Below are positions 18,366 through 28,828 of a DNA stretch of 64,000 bases, piece after piece. The notes below the pieces were generated by a model. It searched no databases. It saw nothing but the letters and a program-made list of their open reading frames with translations, and was not told the origin of the DNA. The position numbers and the translations under genes are program-made. Position 1 is the first letter of the stretch, and each line of letters starts with the position of its first letter. The DNA is from an uncultured Verrucomicrobiales bacterium (lineage in GTDB: Bacteria; Verrucomicrobiota; Verrucomicrobiia; Verrucomicrobiales; Akkermansiaceae), in contig CAKZMG010000213.1 of NCBI GenBank assembly GCA_937128235.1, positions 13,255 through 77,254 on the forward strand, written 5' to 3'.

Positions 18366-19151
18366 TTACAAATACCCCGATCTAACACAATCTAACAGAT
18401 CGGCATGAACTGAGGGCTGAGCTGCTACCATAAGAGTATCGGTAAACATATTATAGTCTTCACCATTTTCATTTGTCACAATGATGCCATTTTCTTTCAT
18501 CATGACTAATCCAGCGGCAATGTCATAAGGCTGAAGATCTGTTTCCCAGAAACCCTGTATCCACCCTAGACTAAGCTGAGCCACATCCAGTGCGGCACTT
18601 CCTGATCTACGGATGCCTCGCCCCAAATTAAGCACTTTCGCGGCAGTCTTAAAGAATCCCTCTGCTCTTGCTGGAGATCGGTAAGGAAAACCAGTCATGA
18701 AAAGTGCTTCGGATGGATCGCTCACTAATCGTGTTGTGTGAGGCTCGCCATTATAATGAACTCCACTTCCAGATTCAGCTTCGTAGATTTCTTTACTAAA
18801 TGGCTTGTAGATGATGCCGTATATTGACTTTCCATTTTCCACGAGTGCGACTGAGATAGAAAACTGATCCAGCCCGCTTAAGAAATTAGTCGTTCCATCG
18901 AGAGGATCAACAATCCAGACTAGATCCTGCGCTCCAGACTTCCCACTTTCCTCACCGTAGAAACCCGCGCCAGCAACTAAAGGCATTAATCCATTTAGCA
19001 GCATCTTCTCAGACTCTACGTCCACAAAGGAAACTGTTTCTCTGAGAGATTTTACCTCAGTCGAGTCACTTTCCATTGATCTAAAGTATTTCATCTGAAA
19101 CTCCCCCACCTCAGCCACTATTTTACGCACAGTATTCTTATCAAAAATCAT
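18366..19151 (-). CDS. suhB: Inositol monophosphatase family protein
   Basis: WIVDPLDGTTNF, RRSGSAALD, PYDIAAG. Confidence 0.9.
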   Translation of the reverse strand: MIFDKNTVRKIVAEVGEFQMKYFRSMESDSTEVKSLRETVSFVDVESEKMLLNGLMPLVAGAGFYGEESGKSGAQDLVWIVDPLDGTTNFLSGLDQFSISVALVENGKSIYGIIYKPFSKEIYEAESGSGVHYNGEPHTTRLVSDPSEALFMTGFPYRSPARAEGFFKTAAKVLNLGRGIRRSGSAALDVAQLSLGWIQGFWETDLQPYDIAAGLVMMKENGIIVTNENGEDYNMFTDTLMVAAQPSVHADLLDCVRSGYL

Positions 19152-19256
19152 GCTTGATTCTCTCTTAAAATCATTGACCTAACAAGTCTTCAAACTTTTG
19201 CAGAGCAAGTTAATCATGTCGCTAATTTGTGACTCAAAACTTGATCTGCATATTTA

Positions 19257-19416
19257 GGGAACTTCTGGCAACCTCATTTATGCCATCTACTTATTAAAAT
19301 TTCTATTTTCTTCGTTAGAAAAAGAACCATTATCTTTGGATAGCGGGTCTTTTTCCGTCTTGAAAATGAAAATTTTTCCTGCGTATCTGTCATAAAGCAG
19401 GTTGCCAGAAGCTCCC
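19257..19416 (+). mobile_element. 160-bp MITE, copy 1 (IS5-family-like ends)
   Basis: TIR gggaacttctggcaacct / aggttgccagaagctccc (17/18), 4-bp TTTA duplication on both sides, no ORF; inverted copy at 42397-42556. Confidence 0.9.
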
Positions 19417-19534
19417 TTTAGATTAAATTTGAAACTTAATTGCTTATTCTACGTATTCCTAATTTGACATCGCAATAATGAAGTTTTTTCGCTTTACGCA
19501 GGACTCAAGTTGCAATACATTGTATATACTGTAA

Positions 19535-22500
19535 TTGAGTATTATGAAAAACACTTATAAACCTAGAAATCTAAAGCAAGTTATTAATCAAAAAGGGTTT
19601 GCGCTCATTTCAACAATCATGATTATGTCATTGCTGATGATGATCAGCATTTCGATGCTGACTTTTTCCTCAGTGATAACCAGGACCAGCTCTGCGGTAG
19701 ATAGCCGAAATATAGCGGAAGCAAATGCGCGCATGGCGGCTATCATTGCTCTAGGTCAACTACAGGAATACATGGGACCTGATCAGAGAGTTAGCGCAAA
19801 CGCGGCAATCTATGACTCAAATCCTGACACTATAGACATTGATGGAGTCGCTAATCCTCATTGGGTAGGAGTCTATAAGACTACGCACGGGAATAACAAT
19901 GAGTCTCTCATTTACACTGAAGATTCTAAAGGTGGATATTTAGTAGATAAGAGAGGTGAAACAGGAAGTGGTGGATACAACCATAAAGATGAAGTTTTAA
20001 AGTTTCTCGTGAGTGGCACAGTGCCAAATGATAAGGATGAGGCTTTGAAGGCGCATCAAGACCAAGTGCAAATCATCACAGCGGCAAACGATATAGATAA
20101 TGTTTATGTTCCTAAAGTAGATACTGAAAGTGGAGCCTATGCTTTTCATGTTAAAGATTTAGGGCAAACTGCTCCTATCTATCAGTTTAATCCTAATGCT
20201 GGCAGTAATATAGATGACACAGACAAAGGTCATTCTATACTTTATACTGGTTCTCATCGCCCATACGATAGACTATCTGAAACCCAAGGCTCATTTGATC
20301 ACCTCACCAAAACAGCTAGTGTAACAAGTAAAGAAAAAGAGTTTAAAAACCTTACCTTGAATCAAGGAATGATTGAAGCGGCTAACTCAAATGCTATGCG
20401 CCAGTTATTGGAAAAATATGTTCATGATCTAGATATTCCAGCTGAAGCACTTATGGTAGACACTGTCCGTTCAGGATTAAAAATAGATCTTACTCCTTAC
20501 CTCAATCAAAAAGGTAACCCCGCTTCTGGTTCACTTAAAAACGCAGCTGGTGGAACGATCCTCTCGGACTCATCCCCTCTCCTTAGCACTACTAGATCAA
20601 GGTTCAGTGAGTTTTCACCTAAATTTGGAATCCTACGTGACTATGCTAACCTCGGTCAACACATGGATGGTAATAGGAAAATGGATCCACGTCCACCTAT
20701 CATGGGGAGTGGTAGACAGCAAAGTTACCCGAGCTATGATAATTTCATCAAGACTCCGATCCACCCTTACATAACAGAATTTAGTGTTTATATATCTGTA
20801 GTGACAGATACTAGTAGCCCTTCTGGTCTCACTATGCTTTTCTACCCTAGAGTCACTCTTTACAATCCGCATAACGTCACGATTAAGGCGGCAGATTACT
20901 TTGTTCAAATCAACCGCAGACTATATTTCCGACTTGAAGTTCCAGATCAAAATGGTGATGGGCAAAGAAATGTTTACGGATTGACCTCACCCTACTGGGG
21001 TTCTTCTGCTGGAGACCCTGCTGCAGCAAGAAACGGCTACTTAGGATTCTATCTTGATCCAATTGACATAGCCCCAGGTGAAGCGCTAGTCTACACGCCC
21101 AAGCAAGAACTGGTGGAGCTAGGATGGCTCAATGCAGACCTCTCTAATAATGTTCTCAGTGCAACGGTCTCGCCAGATAGCAGACATGCTTTTTCTAAAG
21201 CTATCGGAGGTAGCCCAAAGTACAACAGAGCCAAAGGCGATGGGACTTATACAGTCCAACGCTATTGGAAAAATGGCTATCATGTAGGATACGAAGACAG
21301 TACTTCGGCTAGGTTGAGAATAGACACAAAAGGACAAAGACACTCAAACTATGGGAGTATAAGAGCTAATGCTGACTACCCTATCGTTCACACCTTAGAT
21401 GCTCAGAATTGGAGAAGAGGAAACGAAGGTAAATGGAGAGATATTAACAAAACTCTCCCACTAGGTGACATCAACAACTCTACTTCTGTAAATCCGGTAA
21501 ACAGGACGATGCTAGGATTCCGGATGAAAAATCCAGATGAAGCTTCAGCAAACGTAATCAATGCTCCTAATGGCTTTTGGAAAGAAGCGATCATAAACAA
21601 TTACAATCTACGTGCAGGTATTCATCATCGCACGCCACTTGACCACATTTTTGCAGTGCAAACAGTACTGCATGAATATGCATTTGGTCCATACACGCCT
21701 GATAACCAGGAACAACCGGATTATACATCTGCATTCATGAAGCCATCCTACAGAAATGGTAAGTATAAGTTCTCACCTCTTCTGGGCAGCCAAGGTAATG
21801 GTATAGAAATGCCACTTTTTGATGTTCCTTCGAGGGAATCTGAATTTTTCTCTATTGCTCAATTCCGGTCTGCACCACTCACGCAAGCTTTTGATCAGCC
21901 ATCTATTATCATTGGAGAAAGTATTGCCCCTAGAAATACTCCTAGAGGACAAACCGCTCTAGACTCTTCTGAATATCAGACTACTTGGCAGAACAGTTAT
22001 CATAATGGCAGAGTAGGTACACACGCTACTTGGTGGGACGCAACAATTGATCCTGCCAATCAATATTCTGCTTATGACATCAGATTTGAAACGAATCATG
22101 CGCTCTGGGATACTTACTTCCTCTCAACATATGATGATTCTTCAAGTAGCGGGAGCAAGTTTAAGAACCCTAGACTCGTCCTCTCTGAGGAGGTCATGGA
22201 GAATGCTGCCGACAGAATAGCAGAATACATTAAACTCAAAGGTCACCTTAATGTAAATTCTACAAGTGTTTTAGCATGGAAAGCAATTCTTATGATGAAT
22301 GCTGGTGTAGATATGAATAGTGGCTCATCAGCATCTCCAAAAGAGACTCCTTACCCTGGTTTGCTTGAATCTACTGAAGGCGCAGTAAAAGGTGGTACTA
22401 GCTCTGTAGACAATGGGACGTGGAATGGATACAGAACACTTACTGAAGCGGAAGCAACCACATTAGCAGAAGCTATCGTAGCACAGGTTAAAAAAAGAGC

Positions 22501-23038
22501 TCCATTCATAGGTGTTGCTGATTTTGTGAATAGAAGACTTATTAACACCGCCACTCCCAACAAGGATCCCAGAACTCAGACTGATGAAGAGAAGATGAGT
22601 TATGCAGGAGCAATTGATGTCGCCATCTTGGAGTCTGATATCAACTCAAATCTAAAAGACTATCAGGCAGAATATGATATTTCTAAAATATCAGCTGCGG
22701 CATTTGGGAATCCTACTGCCGACCAAGGAAACCAACCAACTGAACTTTTCAGTGGTGCCGCTGGTCACTTGTCCCAGGGTAAGATTCTCCAGACTATCGG
22801 GGCTAATCTCACAGCTAGATCTGATACTTTTAAAATTAGAGCGTATGGTGAGGCCAAAGGCGATAATGGTCTCGTAGTTGCTACCGCTGTCTGTGAAATC
22901 ATTGTCCAACGTTCCGCTCAGTATGTGGATCCAACTGATTCACCGGAAACTAAATACGATGATTTGACATCTGATATTAATAAAAAGTTTGGTAGAAAAT
23001 TCAAAGTAGTTGGATTTAAATGGTTGACTGAAAAATAG
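19535..23038 (+). CDS. Large verrucomicrobial PilX-like (prepilin-type N-terminus) protein
   Basis: KGFALISTIMIM prepilin-like leader, ALGQLQEYMGPDQRV, C-terminal LTARSDTFKIRAYGEA...FGRKFKVVGFKWL. Confidence 0.8.
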   Translation: MSIMKNTYKPRNLKQVINQKGFALISTIMIMSLLMMISISMLTFSSVITRTSSAVDSRNIAEANARMAAIIALGQLQEYMGPDQRVSANAAIYDSNPDTIDIDGVANPHWVGVYKTTHGNNNESLIYTEDSKGGYLVDKRGETGSGGYNHKDEVLKFLVSGTVPNDKDEALKAHQDQVQIITAANDIDNVYVPKVDTESGAYAFHVKDLGQTAPIYQFNPNAGSNIDDTDKGHSILYTGSHRPYDRLSETQGSFDHLTKTASVTSKEKEFKNLTLNQGMIEAANSNAMRQLLEKYVHDLDIPAEALMVDTVRSGLKIDLTPYLNQKGNPASGSLKNAAGGTILSDSSPLLSTTRSRFSEFSPKFGILRDYANLGQHMDGNRKMDPRPPIMGSGRQQSYPSYDNFIKTPIHPYITEFSVYISVVTDTSSPSGLTMLFYPRVTLYNPHNVTIKAADYFVQINRRLYFRLEVPDQNGDGQRNVYGLTSPYWGSSAGDPAAARNGYLGFYLDPIDIAPGEALVYTPKQELVELGWLNADLSNNVLSATVSPDSRHAFSKAIGGSPKYNRAKGDGTYTVQRYWKNGYHVGYEDSTSARLRIDTKGQRHSNYGSIRANADYPIVHTLDAQNWRRGNEGKWRDINKTLPLGDINNSTSVNPVNRTMLGFRMKNPDEASANVINAPNGFWKEAIINNYNLRAGIHHRTPLDHIFAVQTVLHEYAFGPYTPDNQEQPDYTSAFMKPSYRNGKYKFSPLLGSQGNGIEMPLFDVPSRESEFFSIAQFRSAPLTQAFDQPSIIIGESIAPRNTPRGQTALDSSEYQTTWQNSYHNGRVGTHATWWDATIDPANQYSAYDIRFETNHALWDTYFLSTYDDSSSSGSKFKNPRLVLSEEVMENAADRIAEYIKLKGHLNVNSTSVLAWKAILMMNAGVDMNSGSSASPKETPYPGLLESTEGAVKGGTSSVDNGTWNGYRTLTEAEATTLAEAIVAQVKKRAPFIGVADFVNRRLINTATPNKDPRTQTDEEKMSYAGAIDVAILESDINSNLKDYQAEYDISKISAAAFGNPTADQGNQPTELFSGAAGHLSQGKILQTIGANLTARSDTFKIRAYGEAKGDNGLVVATAVCEIIVQRSAQYVDPTDSPETKYDDLTSDINKKFGRKFKVVGFKWLTEK

Positions 23039-23064
23039 AAACATTTCTAATTCATACACTTATC

Positions 23065-23970
23065 ATGTCTAAAATTTCCCTATATTTTCTCTCTCTCATC
23101 GTACTTTTCCCCTGCACCTCCCTAGCCCAGGGTCAACGTAAAGAGAAGCCTAAGCAACTGATCAAGGCGATAGCTATCGGTGCAAGGAGAACCGCTAAAT
23201 TCAAACGTTCTACCAAGCAATATAAAATAAAGATGGAAGGGCCTGATGGGCAAGAAATAGAAGAAACTATACCGGCAGGTGTCCCTATCGAAATAGCGGG
23301 CAAGGAAAATGAATATGTCCCCTATCAGCTCTACGCTAAAAACAGCGGAAGCAAAGACAAATTGTCTCGATTCTCTTTAGGATTAAATTCATTTTCACCC
23401 GAAGTGAAACTTCCTGCAAAAGAGACTCTAAGCCTCTTCAAGCGAAGAGTGATCCCCGCAGAAGATGGAGGTAAGCCTAAATATAAGCTGGAACCCTACG
23501 CATCAGCTCCATCGCAAGTTGCGGCAAGTCACTCACTCGTGACTATTGTGAAGAATCACAAAGAGCTTGAGGGATGGGCTAAGCCATTAGTCAAAGTTTT
23601 TAACATTAGCCCTGAACGATTCGGTTCCAATAGCTGCCTTGTTTATAATTCATCACCATTCAATATGGTTATTAAATTTGGTGGCTTAGAATTGATCAAT
23701 CTCAGACCATTTACACACAAATATGTGAGTGATCTGAAGAAAGATAAGTATGGCGCAATCCCCTATGAAATCTTTCTGAAGTCTGGTAGCATAGTTGAAA
23801 GACTCCCTTCAGGCGCACTAGTGAGCAGAGATAATTCTAGACACTATATTTTTACATTTGTTGACCCTAGAAAAGGTGTTAAAAGAAGAGGTGATCTCGC
23901 TGTATTTTCTGAAAAAGTGCCTGCTCCGCTCCTTCCTCATGAAGCTGAAGGTAATGAAGGAACTAACTAA
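23065..23970 (+). CDS. Secreted hypothetical partner of the PilX-like protein
   Basis: Signal peptide; 26 bp downstream, co-oriented. Confidence 0.7.
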   Translation: MSKISLYFLSLIVLFPCTSLAQGQRKEKPKQLIKAIAIGARRTAKFKRSTKQYKIKMEGPDGQEIEETIPAGVPIEIAGKENEYVPYQLYAKNSGSKDKLSRFSLGLNSFSPEVKLPAKETLSLFKRRVIPAEDGGKPKYKLEPYASAPSQVAASHSLVTIVKNHKELEGWAKPLVKVFNISPERFGSNSCLVYNSSPFNMVIKFGGLELINLRPFTHKYVSDLKKDKYGAIPYEIFLKSGSIVERLPSGALVSRDNSRHYIFTFVDPRKGVKRRGDLAVFSEKVPAPLLPHEAEGNEGTN

Positions 23971-24064
23971 GGTTGAATCCGCATAGATTACAATCTGTAT
24001 TGCTGTTGCCACATAATGATTGAAATGGCTTGCATCTGAGCATTTCTCTACTAGCCTCTCGCGC

Positions 24065-25180
24065 ATGCTCCAGGCAGGAATAGTAGGATTACCAAATGTA
24101 GGGAAATCAACCCTTTTTAACGCAGTGACTCGCACCCGTAAGGCGGAGGCGGCTAACTACCCATTTTGCACCATCGATCCAAATGTTGGCGTCGTCAGTG
24201 TGCCAGACGAACGCATTGCTGTGCTCAGCGAGCTCTCTGGCTCTAAGAAGCTGATCCCGACTGCGATCGAGTTCGTAGATATTGCAGGTCTGGTAGAAGG
24301 CGCATCTGAAGGTGCTGGTCTGGGTAATAAATTCCTAGCAACAATCCGTGAGGTGGACGCCATTGTTCAGGTGATTCGTTGTTTTGAAAATGATGACATC
24401 ATCCATGAGTTAGGCAGTGTAGATCCTCTACGTGATATTGAGATTATAAATTCTGAGCTCATCTTGGCTGACATTTCTGCCATGGACAAGCGTCTTCAGT
24501 CTCGCTCTAAGAAAGCCAAGAGTGGTGACAAGGAATCTAAAGCAGAAGTAACGCTTATCGAAAGGCTTCTTCCCCATCTCAATGAAGGCAAGCCAGCACT
24601 CACCCTAGAAATGTCTGATGAAGAGCAAACTCTTGTGAAAGACTTCTTCCTGCTTTCCTCTAAAAAATCTATCTTCGCTTGTAATGTCTCTGAAGATGAA
24701 CTCGCAGACGCATTAGAAAATCCGGATGGTCATGATATGGTGGCAAAGGTCCGCAAGTATGCAGCTGAGACTCAAGGTGCTGAAGCAGTGGTCCTCTCAG
24801 CCCAGATCGAGGAAGAACTCTCTGAGTTGTCTCCTGATGAAGCTAAGGAATTTCTAACCGATATGGGTATAGCAGACTCTGGAGCATCCGAGCTGATCAA
24901 GGGAGTGTATCACTTACTAGGTCTCCGCACATACCTAACTACAGGCGTGCAAGAGACACGTGCGTGGACCATCACAGCTGGCGATAAAGCACCTGCTGCT
25001 GCTGGAGTGATTCATACAGATTTTGAGAAGCAGTTCATCCGTGCTGAAGTCATCCACTATGATGACTACGTGAAACACAAAACCGTAGCAGCAGCGCGTG
25101 ATGCAGGGGTGCTCCGAGCAGAAGGTAAGGACTACGAGGTAAAGGATGGCGATGTCATCAACTTCCTCACTGGAGCTTAA
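24065..25180 (+). CDS. ychF: Redox-regulated ATPase YchF
   Basis: GIVGLPNVGKST, ANYPFCTIDPN, TGS domain; start placed at MLQAG (24065). Confidence 0.97.
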   Translation: MLQAGIVGLPNVGKSTLFNAVTRTRKAEAANYPFCTIDPNVGVVSVPDERIAVLSELSGSKKLIPTAIEFVDIAGLVEGASEGAGLGNKFLATIREVDAIVQVIRCFENDDIIHELGSVDPLRDIEIINSELILADISAMDKRLQSRSKKAKSGDKESKAEVTLIERLLPHLNEGKPALTLEMSDEEQTLVKDFFLLSSKKSIFACNVSEDELADALENPDGHDMVAKVRKYAAETQGAEAVVLSAQIEEELSELSPDEAKEFLTDMGIADSGASELIKGVYHLLGLRTYLTTGVQETRAWTITAGDKAPAAAGVIHTDFEKQFIRAEVIHYDDYVKHKTVAAARDAGVLRAEGKDYEVKDGDVINFLTGA

Positions 25181-25210
25181 TGCAGTATAAATTTTATTCC
25201 AATATAAGTC

Positions 25211-26062
25211 ATGGCAGGATTCTTTAAAAAGTTAATTAACAAGATCACCAATACTGCGGAGATTGATTGGGACGAGCTGGAAGCGGATCTTATTTCAGCA
25301 GACTTGGGTGCTAGACTTTCGATGACAATCATTGATGAACTCCAGGATATGGGGCGAAAGATCAGTGCTGATGATGTGGTCACTACCACCAAGAAACACA
25401 TTGCGAGCATTTTGCCTGAAGATATGGCTTCTCTAAAGCCACGCGAAGACGGTAAGCCCCACGTCATTGTGATGGTGGGTGTGAATGGTACTGGTAAGAC
25501 GACTTCAACTGCGAAACTTGCGCATCATTTGAAAGCACAAGGATACAGTGTGATGGTAGCCGCGGCTGACACCTTCCGTGCTGCCGCGGTAGAGCAACTA
25601 CAGGTCTGGGCAGACCGCCTAGCTATCCCTATTACAAAGGGTGCACCAAATGCAGATCCATCGTCGGTCTGCTACACCGCTCACCAAGCATGTATCACGC
25701 AAGGTATCGATTTCCTGATCTGTGATACTGCAGGAAGGCTCCACACGAGGCATAACCTTATGGAAGAGCTCGCTAAGTTAGAGCGCACCATTGGCAAACA
25801 AGACGAGAGTGCTCCACACACTAAGCTCATTGTCGTGGATGCGACTACGGGCTCAAACGCTCTTCAGCAGGCAAAAGAATTTAACAAAGCCATCGAGTTA
25901 GACGGACTAGTCGTCACTAAACTAGATGGTTCTGGTAAGGGAGGCATCATCGTATCCATCTATCAAGAACTCAATATTCCAGCGAGATACATCGGACTAG
26001 GAGAAGAGCCAGAACAGTTCCGAGTGTTTAACAAGGAACAGTTTACAAATGAAATTATGTAA
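25211..26062 (+). CDS. ftsY: SRP receptor FtsY (NG domain only)
   Basis: GVNGTGKTT, DTFRAAA, DTAGR, TKLDGSGKGG. Confidence 0.96.
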   Translation: MAGFFKKLINKITNTAEIDWDELEADLISADLGARLSMTIIDELQDMGRKISADDVVTTTKKHIASILPEDMASLKPREDGKPHVIVMVGVNGTGKTTSTAKLAHHLKAQGYSVMVAAADTFRAAAVEQLQVWADRLAIPITKGAPNADPSSVCYTAHQACITQGIDFLICDTAGRLHTRHNLMEELAKLERTIGKQDESAPHTKLIVVDATTGSNALQQAKEFNKAIELDGLVVTKLDGSGKGGIIVSIYQELNIPARYIGLGEEPEQFRVFNKEQFTNEIM

Positions 26063-26085
26063 TTTTTTTAACACTCTTTGGTGAG

Positions 26086-28746
26086 CTAATTTACGTAGGC
26101 TTTGATATCGTGGATTGACCAATAGTTGCGTTTATTGCCTGCCTTGGTCGTGATCCGGAAGAACTTCGCTTTCTTCGCATCACAATTAATCTCCGTGATG
26201 AAGTAATCACCTTTGATGGCTTTCTGAACCGTTTGCCATATCTTTCCATCGTTAGAAATTTCTGCTATATACTCGGCTGGGAAATCATTAGGACTACCAG
26301 CTGTATCTAATCTAACAGTTTTGAGTTCCACTGCTTCAGGGAACTCTATCTGATACCACATTCCTGGCTTCTGCTGAGTGCCGGAGGTGTAGCGTTTTTT
26401 CTTATTTCCATCGATCGCAAATTTTGCCGCTTTGTTATTGTGGCTTGCGGTCACTTTCCACTGCTTTGTTTCGAGTGCCTTGGGAACTATTTTACTAAGT
26501 TCAACGAGCGTCCATGGTGTTGTTCTGTTCTTAGTTTCTTTTCTAACAGCAGCCACATCTTCCTTGCTTACAAAGCTAGCTCGGTTGCCTAGATCGTTTC
26601 TGATGTAGCTAACTACATCAGCTATCCATTGATCACTCTGGGATTTCATAGAGACCATCGGAGCAGTATAATTCTTTCCGTTAACGGGACCTTCGAGACC
26701 ATGCAGAACGATGTTGATGAACTGGTCACGGTGACCATTCACAGATGCTGAGCCAGCAAGAGGAGGAGCCATCATGGTGCCACCAGCTTTTACACCTTTA
26801 CCATTTTCACCATGACAGGATGAACAGAGTTGCCGGTAGATTACTTTGCCACGTTTGTGTTGGATTCTTTGATCTTTAGTAAGATGATTCAAGCTACCTA
26901 ATTTCACAAAGCCATTGAGTGTTTGTTGTACACCGATTGATTTTATTTCAGTTTCCGCTTTATCTAAAATCTCTTGTCTATTTTTTAACTTCAAATGCTG
27001 AGCACTGAGAATGACCTGCATCGCAACCTCGGGATCAGGGTCAGTGAGTTGATTTGTAATCGCCGTGATGAGAGTCTCGGACGAAGCATCTTTATCTTTA
27101 ATCAATGACTCAGCTGTTCGGATAGCAGCCCGGCGGACTTGTGGGTGCTTGTCTTTAAGCGCGGTTTCAATATGTCCAACCTTGAGTGCTCCTGTGCCTT
27201 CAAGTGTCCAAAGAGCATGAATCTGTGCAAGATGATTTTCGCCTTGAGCATCTCCTTTAGCTAGAACAGTTAACTTGTCCACTACTGATTTATCTCCACG
27301 CAGAACAAGAATTTTCTGAGCAGTATCTCTCCACCATCCGTTTGGGTGACTCAGGTGTTTCACTAATTCCTCAGAGCTAGCTCTAATCATATTTGGCTTA
27401 GGTCCGCGCTTGTGGTCCTTGTGCACGAGACGATATATTCTCCCGTGTTGAATGTTCTTATCAAAGCCATATTTATCAATGATGCTTCTGAGGTATGACT
27501 TAGGCCGCGTCCAGTTTCCTTCTTGGATAATTCCACGATACATATCCACGATGTAGAGAGTCCCGTCAGGTGCTGTGACCATGTTGACTGGGCGAAAATT
27601 TGGATCAGTTGAGCGGATAAATTCGCTCTCCGGGCAGGCATTTCTTAGGAATGTAACCCCATCTTTCACTTCCACTTTAGTGCGGCGAATCAGTCTCCCT
27701 ACAGGTTCTGCAAACAGGAGATCTCCTTGCAGATCTGCGGGGAGTCGGTCTCCACGGAAGATATCCTGACCACAAGTAGCCGTGAAATGATTTAGCACCA
27801 TACCTTCTCCCCCTTTAAGGGGCTTGAGACGTCTAGGTCCACCTTGCACATCTAGTTGTGGGCAGATGGGAAATACTTTTTTAAAGCCTGGTTCTTCCTG
27901 ATTTTTGAAGTGGCGAGACATACCATAGACAATAGGATGCTGATAATTAACAGGTCCTACTTCTCCTCCCGCATTCACAAACCACGGCTTACCATAGTTG
28001 TCCTGAGTAAGCCCCCACTGACCTTGATTAATACCAGTGATCTCGGTTTTTATAAGCTTCTCCGGACCCATTTTATAGCGCTTGGGTGTGTAGGTCGTGT
28101 AGGCCCAGTTATCCATTGACCAAATAAGACCACTAGGCTGGTGCTCCATGTTTCCACCGCGCGGCCCACCTTTATAGTAGAGAGATTTCTTATCAGCTAC
28201 TCCATCGCCATCTGTGTCTTTGTAGAGAAATAGATCGAGTGTATTGGTAATACCTACCACAATGCTATCCTCAAGCGGAAGCACCATTCTAGGTAGCAAA
28301 AGATTATCAATGAAGACGCTATGTTTATCATATTTTCCATCACCATTAGTATCTTCATGCATAGAAATTCTGCTCGTGTGCTCGAACTCTCCCGTTGCAT
28401 CTGCATCTTGCATATAGGTGTTCATCTCTACTACATACATCCGCCCATTTCCATCAAAGACACAGGCTACAGGCTCAGTAATGTATGGCTCAGTGAGAAC
28501 TGGTTCTAGCGAGTATCCTTCGGGAAGTTTTATCTTAGCAATACTTTCCTCAGGGCTGAGCATTTTGATCAGCTTGTAGAGCTCTGGATCAAAAGTAGGC
28601 GCCTTCTCCCGAACAGTAGATTTGGCAGATGCTGGGTTAAGTTTAGGTTTAGCCGTGGGCTGGTGCTTAGCTTGAGCATAAAGTAAACTCTGCAGAGACA
28701 GCACTGTGAGAGAGGCAATTAAACCAGAAATGTATTTAAATTTCAT
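26086..28746 (-). CDS. PVC-type membrane-bound dehydrogenase-like protein with HEAT repeats, cytochrome c and F5/8 type C domain
   Basis: Beta-propeller region (DGTLYIVDMYR), HEAT repeats, CSSCH heme motif, C-terminal discoidin-like domain. Confidence 0.85.
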   Translation of the reverse strand: MKFKYISGLIASLTVLSLQSLLYAQAKHQPTAKPKLNPASAKSTVREKAPTFDPELYKLIKMLSPEESIAKIKLPEGYSLEPVLTEPYITEPVACVFDGNGRMYVVEMNTYMQDADATGEFEHTSRISMHEDTNGDGKYDKHSVFIDNLLLPRMVLPLEDSIVVGITNTLDLFLYKDTDGDGVADKKSLYYKGGPRGGNMEHQPSGLIWSMDNWAYTTYTPKRYKMGPEKLIKTEITGINQGQWGLTQDNYGKPWFVNAGGEVGPVNYQHPIVYGMSRHFKNQEEPGFKKVFPICPQLDVQGGPRRLKPLKGGEGMVLNHFTATCGQDIFRGDRLPADLQGDLLFAEPVGRLIRRTKVEVKDGVTFLRNACPESEFIRSTDPNFRPVNMVTAPDGTLYIVDMYRGIIQEGNWTRPKSYLRSIIDKYGFDKNIQHGRIYRLVHKDHKRGPKPNMIRASSEELVKHLSHPNGWWRDTAQKILVLRGDKSVVDKLTVLAKGDAQGENHLAQIHALWTLEGTGALKVGHIETALKDKHPQVRRAAIRTAESLIKDKDASSETLITAITNQLTDPDPEVAMQVILSAQHLKLKNRQEILDKAETEIKSIGVQQTLNGFVKLGSLNHLTKDQRIQHKRGKVIYRQLCSSCHGENGKGVKAGGTMMAPPLAGSASVNGHRDQFINIVLHGLEGPVNGKNYTAPMVSMKSQSDQWIADVVSYIRNDLGNRASFVSKEDVAAVRKETKNRTTPWTLVELSKIVPKALETKQWKVTASHNNKAAKFAIDGNKKKRYTSGTQQKPGMWYQIEFPEAVELKTVRLDTAGSPNDFPAEYIAEISNDGKIWQTVQKAIKGDYFITEINCDAKKAKFFRITTKAGNKRNYWSIHDIKAYVN

Positions 28747-28828
28747 AAGCTAATGCTCAGCATAATTCTTTAAAAAGCAAGTACTTTTAGAATAGCTCAA
28801 GCAGTATGCTCGGTATAGGTGGGTAATC

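Noticed and set aside
25211-26062. FtsY lacking the acidic A domain
   Set aside because: Normal in many phyla
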